A program made the translations under genes and the position numbers. The notes below the pieces were generated by a model. The model was given only the letters and a program-made list of their open reading frames with translations, ran no database searches and was not told the DNA's origin. Shown piece by piece: positions 33,824-38,050 of a DNA stretch of 38,050 nt. Position 1 is the first letter of the stretch, and each line of letters begins with the position of its first letter. Location of the stretch: the NCBI GenBank assembly GCA_035633135.1, contig DASQFM010000189.1:1-38050 (forward strand), written 5' to 3'. This DNA is from Candidatus Eiseniibacteriota bacterium. Lineage in GTDB: Bacteria > Chloroflexota > Limnocylindria > Limnocylindrales > CSP1-4.

Positions 33824-36800
33824 CTAGAAGATCGAGGCCTTGGCGTCCCACGGGGTCCGCGTCTGGTAGACGATCGCCAGGTCGCCGGCACCAAACCCGA
33901 GTGTCGCGAACTGTGCGTTCGACAGCCCAAGCGCAGCCTGCAGACCCTTGGCGGTCTTCGTCCGAATGACGACGCATGGATTCGCTGGATCGGTGAGGGC
34001 CGGGGCCTTCTTGCCGGAGCAGTCGGGGAGCCAGCCCCAATACAGGCCACCTGAAGGCACGGCGTCGACGAGCGTGGTATCCGTCGGCGACGTCTTCGCC
34101 CTCCAGAGCGTTGTAGGCGGGTCAGCCGAGAGGTACGTCGCGCCGAAGCAGATATTGAAGGCCCCCACGTTGCGACTGGCGTAGCCGGTCGACTGGAGCA
34201 GCCCCTTCGGGATGATCAGCGCGACCTTGAAGTTGAGCTGGGGGACGCCGCCGAGGGCCTCGACGTGGACGTCGGTGGTCCGACCGACCTGTGTTGTCGT
34301 ACCAGTGCAGTTCGCCGAGACCGACTGGAACTGTGTAACCAGGGAGACTCCGTCCAGGGCTCCGCCTGCCGCTGGGACGAACCCGGAGACGCCGCCGGTC
34401 GCGTCGATCCGTGAATACGACGTCAGGCCACCTGTTGCGAGGTTGTCGCACGTCGCGTTGGCGCAGGCCTCGAGGTCATCGACGAGCTGGAAGGTTGCGC
34501 TGGTCCCATCGCTGGCCCCCGTGGCGGAAGCCGTGAGGTACACGGTGCCGGTGGTCGCCGCGTCGGCAACGATCGGTGCGGGTCCGGTGAACGAGGCGAG
34601 ACCGCTCGCGTTGGTGGTTGCCGATGGGCTGCCCGAGAGGGCCTGGGTGCCGGTGAGGCCGACGACCACGCCGGAGACGACGTTGCCGTACTGGTCGCGC
34701 GCCAGCACCTGGACGGGCGGCGAGCTGGTATTGCACGGATCCGCGCCACTGCCCGGCAGCGCACACGTGTGGTAGATCGGTGTGCCCTTCTTCGTGGAAG
34801 TGGGCTGCCCGTTGAAGGCCGTCCCGGTATCGGCCGTTGCGAAGTCGAGGACAGAGACGCCAGCCGACCCGACCGCGAAGGAGTTCGAAGTCCTGGACGC
34901 ACCGGTGTCACTGACGGTGATCGTCTGGCCCGTCTCGGCCTTGTACGCCTTCACCGTTGTCGTGCCGACGCCGCTCAGCCAGGTGAGCGATCCGTATTCC
35001 GGCGCCGTTCCACCATCCGAGCAGGTCGAGCAGACGGGCGAGGTGCCGAGCGTGCCGGTGACGGACGCACCAGTGGTGTAGTTCGTCTTGGGGTTGCCGT
35101 AGAGATCGTAGGCGTTCGCGGTAACCGTGAAGCCGGTGCTGCTCGCGGTCTGGTCCGCGATGCTTGCGACCGTGAAGCCGCCGAGCGCGGCCAGCGTCAC
35201 ACTGAAGCTGTTCGACGTGGCCGAGAACCCGCCGGCGCTGAAGCTCACGGAGCTGGCGCCAACCGCATATGCATGTACGGTCGCCGTCCCGACTCCGTCG
35301 GTCCAGGAAATGGTCCCGTAGTCGGGGCTGCTGGCGACGATGACTGGATTGCAGCCGGCGCAGCCGGGCGAGGCGGCGAGGTCGCCGGCCAGCAAGTTCA
35401 GGCTGCTGTAGTCGGTCTTGGCGTTGCCGTAGAGGTCATAGGCACGGACGGTCACCGTGATTTCTGCACCGGCCACATGGCTGGTGATGTTGTCGATCGT
35501 GAAGCCGCCGAGTGCCGCGGGACCTTCGACGAACGATGTGGTGTTCGAGATCAGGCCGTCCGTGATTGTCAGCGACGCATCGGTCCGCGCCTTGAAGCCG
35601 TTGACCGTGGCCGTGCCAGTTCCGCTAGTCCAGGAGACCGGGTCACCGTACGTGGGCGTTGCGACCGGGATGGCGACGGGAAGACAGCCGGCGCAGCCGG
35701 GAGAGTTTTCAAGCGCCGACAGGGTCCCGGCGGACTGATCGGCCTTCACGTTGCCGTACAGGTCACGAGCGGTGACGGTCACCCCGAACGACCCACCGGC
35801 CGTCTGGCTTCCGATCGATGCAAACGAGAACCCCTTCAGCGCCGCGGCGTGGGCGACCGCGAAGGTGTCGGACGTTGCGCTAACCGGGTCGTCGGTGATG
35901 GTAAGGGCGGCAGCCGCGTCGGCGTCGTAGGCGGTGATGCTCGCGGTTGCGACGCCGTCCGACCAGCTGAGCGTGCCGTAATAGGGGGCCGTCGCGTCAA
36001 GGTCGGGATCGCAGGCGGTGCAGCCCGGGGAGGTCCCAAGGCCGGAGAGGGTGCCGCCGTCGTAATCGGTCTTGGGGTTGTCGTACTGGTCGAAGGCGCT
36101 GATCGTGGCCTGGAACTCATCTCCAGCGGTCTGGTCAGCGATCGGGTCGATGGTGAACTCGGCGAGATCGCCAGGCAGGAAGTCGACCGATGCGTCACCG
36201 GTCGTGATCGCGAAGTCACCGAGGGTCCCGCCAACGGTTAGCTGCGTCGGGATGTTGTCGGTGAGGTCGACTGTCGCGGTCCATGTCCCGTCGCCGGCGT
36301 CCGCCAAATTGCTGATCGTGGCGTTGCCTGCGCTGGGCGACAGATCGACGGTGCCGTCGCTGCCCGCCAGGTTGTTGTCGTATTGATCCTTGAGCTGGAC
36401 GGTCAGGCCCGCGCTTGGAGAGTCAACGGTGAAGGGACCGGCAGCCGCCGTGATCGTCGTGCGCTCAGGACTCGCGGGACCGGGCGCGAAGTCCACGGTC
36501 GCACTGTCGGCGAACGCCTCGCCCGCCAGGGTGCCGGTGACGGTGTCGAGCCGGGCGACGGTGTCGATCAGCTCCGCGGTGTAGGTGCCGTCATCGTTGT
36601 CCACAACAGTCAGGGCACCGACCTGGTCGGAGGTGAGCGTGACGGTTCCGCCGCTCACGATCAGGTTGTCGACCCCGTCGTTCAGCTGGACCGTGATGGT
36701 CACGGAATCCCCGGCCGTCGCCGTCTCGGCCTCGGCGGTGATCGTGGAATTGGCAAGGATGCCCGCATCGACCGCTACCACCGGCATCGCGCCCGCGATG

Positions 36801-36928
36801 AGGAGCGGCGCCACGAGGGTCACCGCGGTGATCATCGCGAAGAGGCGGCGTCGAACGCGGGTGCCCGCGCCCCCGCCGTAATGAAGCTTGGTAGACATGA
36901 CTGGGCCCACGCCCAACGCCCTCCGCAT
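33824..36928 (-). CDS. Large secreted protein with multiple bacterial Ig-like (Big/invasin-like) domains and a Cys-containing C-terminal domain
   Basis: The signal region 'TRVRRRLFAMITAVTLVAPLLIAGAMPVVAVDA' is possibly Tat-like. Two Big-like units are followed by four repeats of about 108 aa, one further Ig-like unit and a C-terminal domain of about 230 aa. The start is uncertain: ATG 36928 or 36898. Codons upstream of about 36955 are AT-ending and unlike coding sequence. Confidence 0.8.
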   Translation of the reverse strand: MRRALGVGPVMSTKLHYGGGAGTRVRRRLFAMITAVTLVAPLLIAGAMPVVAVDAGILANSTITAEAETATAGDSVTITVQLNDGVDNLIVSGGTVTLTSDQVGALTVVDNDDGTYTAELIDTVARLDTVTGTLAGEAFADSATVDFAPGPASPERTTITAAAGPFTVDSPSAGLTVQLKDQYDNNLAGSDGTVDLSPSAGNATISNLADAGDGTWTATVDLTDNIPTQLTVGGTLGDFAITTGDASVDFLPGDLAEFTIDPIADQTAGDEFQATISAFDQYDNPKTDYDGGTLSGLGTSPGCTACDPDLDATAPYYGTLSWSDGVATASITAYDADAAAALTITDDPVSATSDTFAVAHAAALKGFSFASIGSQTAGGSFGVTVTARDLYGNVKADQSAGTLSALENSPGCAGCLPVAIPVATPTYGDPVSWTSGTGTATVNGFKARTDASLTITDGLISNTTSFVEGPAALGGFTIDNITSHVAGAEITVTVRAYDLYGNAKTDYSSLNLLAGDLAASPGCAGCNPVIVASSPDYGTISWTDGVGTATVHAYAVGASSVSFSAGGFSATSNSFSVTLAALGGFTVASIADQTASSTGFTVTANAYDLYGNPKTNYTTGASVTGTLGTSPVCSTCSDGGTAPEYGSLTWLSGVGTTTVKAYKAETGQTITVSDTGASRTSNSFAVGSAGVSVLDFATADTGTAFNGQPTSTKKGTPIYHTCALPGSGADPCNTSSPPVQVLARDQYGNVVSGVVVGLTGTQALSGSPSATTNASGLASFTGPAPIVADAATTGTVYLTASATGASDGTSATFQLVDDLEACANATCDNLATGGLTSYSRIDATGGVSGFVPAAGGALDGVSLVTQFQSVSANCTGTTTQVGRTTDVHVEALGGVPQLNFKVALIIPKGLLQSTGYASRNVGAFNICFGATYLSADPPTTLWRAKTSPTDTTLVDAVPSGGLYWGWLPDCSGKKAPALTDPANPCVVIRTKTAKGLQAALGLSNAQFATLGFGAGDLAIVYQTRTPWDAKASIF
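34850..36160 (-). repeat. Four divergent tandem domain repeats (about 325 nt each) inside the Ig-like protein gene
   Basis: The units start 'EFTIDPIADQTAG', 'FSFASIGSQTAGG', 'FTIDNITSHVAGA' and 'FTVASIADQTASS'. Each contains 'YD(L/Q)YGN.K(T/A)(D/N)' and 'SP(G/V)C..C'. Coordinates are approximate, from residue counting. Confidence 0.7.
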
Positions 36929-36983
36929 TGTTCCGCCCTGGTGGAAGACGGCCATGGTACGACACATCTGCCAGATGCCTAGC

Positions 36984-37001
36984 ATCGAAACTGGTTTCGA
37001 T
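36984..37001. promoter_or_regulatory. Perfect 18-bp palindrome ATCGAAAC-TG-GTTTCGAT (candidate operator) upstream of the Ig-like protein gene
   Basis: It is read directly from the sequence. It lies in the least GC-rich stretch of the window, 56-103 nt upstream of the candidate start codons. Confidence 0.35.
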
Positions 37002-37060
37002 TGCAATTCCATACCATCACGGTGCGCCACCGCACCGCCGGAATGCAGTCCACTAGCTAA

Positions 37061-37228
37061 CACCGCCACTGTCGGGTAGGCGACACGAGCGGGGATTCGG
37101 GCCGAATCTCGGTGGACGCGGTCCGTAGGATGCTGTCGGACCTCGTCGCGCAGGGCCTGATCCGGGTGATGCCGGGCGTCGTCGTGATCCCCGACCGCGC
37201 GGCCCTGGAGCGCTCGATCCGGCGATAG
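37061..37228 (+). pseudogene. Remnant of the C-terminal HTH of a Crp/Fnr-type regulator
   Basis: The frame-2 translation 'GRISVDAVRRMLSDLVAQGLIRVMPGVVVIPDRAALERSIRR*' resembles a Crp-family recognition helix and C-terminus. A TAA stop at 37058-37060 lies immediately upstream, and no cNMP-binding domain or full HTH precedes it. Confidence 0.4.
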
Positions 37229-37243
37229 CGCGCCGCCCGCGGT

Positions 37244-38050
37244 CTACTTGGCTCTGCTCGAACCCCCGGATGGCCCGGCGGAACCCGCGGCGACGTCGCC
37301 GCCCTCGTGGCCGTCGCGGTCGCCCTCGTGGCCGTCGCTCCCGCCCGTGTGGCCGTCGCTCCCGCCCGTGTGGCCATCGCTCCCGCCCCGAGGCGTGAAG
37401 TGGCCGCCCTGGCGCGGCCTGGGCCGGCGCAGATCACGCATGTCGCGCTGGTCCAGCCCTGCCAGCCGGACCAGGTCGGCATTGGCGGTCCGCGTCAGCC
37501 GCTCGGTGAGCTTCGAGCGGACGATCGCGCTGATCTCGGGCTGGTCCATCAGCGACTTCAGGGTGGCGGCCGGAACCTCGAGCAGATCCGTCTGCTGCTC
37601 GGCCACGACGTTGGCCGTGCGGGGGCTGCCCGTGATCGCCGCGATCTCGCCGAAGAAGTCGCCGGTACCCATTGCCGACAGCGCCCGGAACTCTCCCTCC
37701 TCGGCGGGGATGCCGGCCACGACCCGACCGTCGAGGACGAAGTACGCCGCGTCGCTGGTCTCGCCGACCCGGACGACGGCGTCGCCCGGAGCCGCCCGCC
37801 GGATCAGCGCGCCGGTGAGGAATTCGGAACGACGGGGGATGGAGAGTCTGCCGATCTCTGGCAGCACGCCGATCAGCCGGTCCATGTCCATCATCGTGGC
37901 CGCCCGGCCAACGGCGAGGCTCGGTGCCGACGGCGCGGTCCGGAGCAGCCGAACCGCGTGCCGCCATTCGGCCGCCGGCCGGCCGATGCCCGGCATGAAC
38001 TGCCCGGCGATGCCGGCCACCACCATGATCCCGCCCGCGATCGCCATGAG
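37244..38050 (-). CDS. Cyclic-nucleotide-binding domain protein with hydrophobic N-terminal part (N-terminus beyond window) and His/Gly/Asp-rich repeat tail
   Basis: cNMP-binding motifs 'YFVLDGRV', 'GDFFGEIAAITGSPRTANVVA' and 'LLEVPAATLKSLM' are present. The frame stays open to the window edge. The C-terminal tail reads 'GGSDGHTGGSDGHTGGSDGHEGDRDGHEGGD'. Confidence 0.8.
   Translation of the reverse strand, partial: LMAIAGGIMVVAGIAGQFMPGIGRPAAEWRHAVRLLRTAPSAPSLAVGRAATMMDMDRLIGVLPEIGRLSIPRRSEFLTGALIRRAAPGDAVVRVGETSDAAYFVLDGRVVAGIPAEEGEFRALSAMGTGDFFGEIAAITGSPRTANVVAEQQTDLLEVPAATLKSLMDQPEISAIVRSKLTERLTRTANADLVRLAGLDQRDMRDLRRPRPRQGGHFTPRGGSDGHTGGSDGHTGGSDGHEGDRDGHEGGDVAAGSAGPSGGSSRAK
37301..37384 (-). 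repeat. Four tandem 21-nt in-frame repeats (heptad G-G/D-S/R-D-G-H-T/E)
   Basis: The plus-strand units are gccctcgtggccgtcgcggtc, gccctcgtggccgtcgctccc, gcccgtgtggccgtcgctccc and gcccgtgtggccatcgctccc. Confidence 0.85.

Noticed and set aside
36929-37069. Upstream extension of the Ig-like protein ORF to ATG 37069.
   Set aside because: AT-ending codons (TTA, GCT, AGT, CAA, AAA, CTA and others) are atypical of coding sequence here. The region contains the 18-bp palindrome. The signal peptide begins after 36928/36898.
37301-37384. Possible CRISPR-like or intergenic repeat array.
   Set aside because: The units are directly adjacent with no spacers, are 21 nt long and in frame, and lie inside a coding region.
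29920-38050. A cyclase plus a cNMP-binding membrane protein as a Pycsar/CBASS-like anti-phage module.
   Set aside because: The cyclase is a 1289-aa signalling-type STAND/TPR protein, not a compact defence cyclase. The cNMP-binding gene is 3.4 kb away on the opposite strand, with a large surface-protein gene in between. No recognised effector domain is visible in the window.
1-38050. Mobile elements, integrases, tRNA/rRNA genes and CRISPR arrays.
   Set aside because: No transposase, integrase or recombinase motifs appear in any frame. There are no terminal inverted repeats flanking a block. Intergenic regions are too short and GC-rich to hold tRNA- or rRNA-like sequences that I could recognise.

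Overview
This is a very GC-rich bacterial chromosomal segment. Gene content looks actinobacterial or Chloroflexota-like, and GC was not computed exactly. It is densely coded, and many gene pairs share 1-4 nt ATGA/GTGA start-stop overlaps. I found no rRNA, tRNA, CRISPR array, transposase or integrase.

Gene order, left to right:
- A NarL-type two-component pair.
- A membrane-anchored cupredoxin, two small membrane proteins and an ABC-2 exporter.
- A GH15 glycosidase and a PEBP protein.
- A fumarylacetoacetase-family gene.
- An 8-kb block with three ECF sigma factors and their membrane partners, two lipoproteins and homogentisate dioxygenase.
- A DMT transporter.
- A frameshifted cyclase-STAND ATPase gene.
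- An HpcH/HpaI aldolase.
- korAB (2-oxoacid:ferredoxin oxidoreductase) bracketed by CBS-domain proteins.
- A translationally coupled zinc-ribbon / REC-like / M24 peptidase trio.
- A repeat-containing unknown protein, followed by a 1289-aa protein with two cyclase domains, a STAND ATPase and TPR repeats.
- A roughly 1000-aa secreted Ig-like repeat protein.
- A Crp-type HTH remnant.
- A partial cNMP-binding membrane protein with a 21-nt in-frame tandem repeat.

Observations I think most deserve follow-up:
1. A promoter-like motif, GAAC-N18/19-YYCAT(A/C), occurs four times at a constant 42-46 nt from start codons. It lies in front of two paralogous ECF sigma genes, a divergent small envelope protein and a lipoprotein pair. 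It is coupled to a partner-protein family that lacks the zinc anti-sigma motif.
2. The tandem cyclase domains in the STAND protein have complementary catalytic residues, resembling a C1/C2 pseudo-heterodimer.
3. A shared motif, GTTGGCTCG..TAGACT, lies upstream of both homogentisate-pathway genes.
4. Four Ig-like repeats in the surface protein each carry an SPxCxxC cysteine pair.

I could not recognise any canonical defence or mobile system. All functional calls are by eye from motifs, not from database searches.
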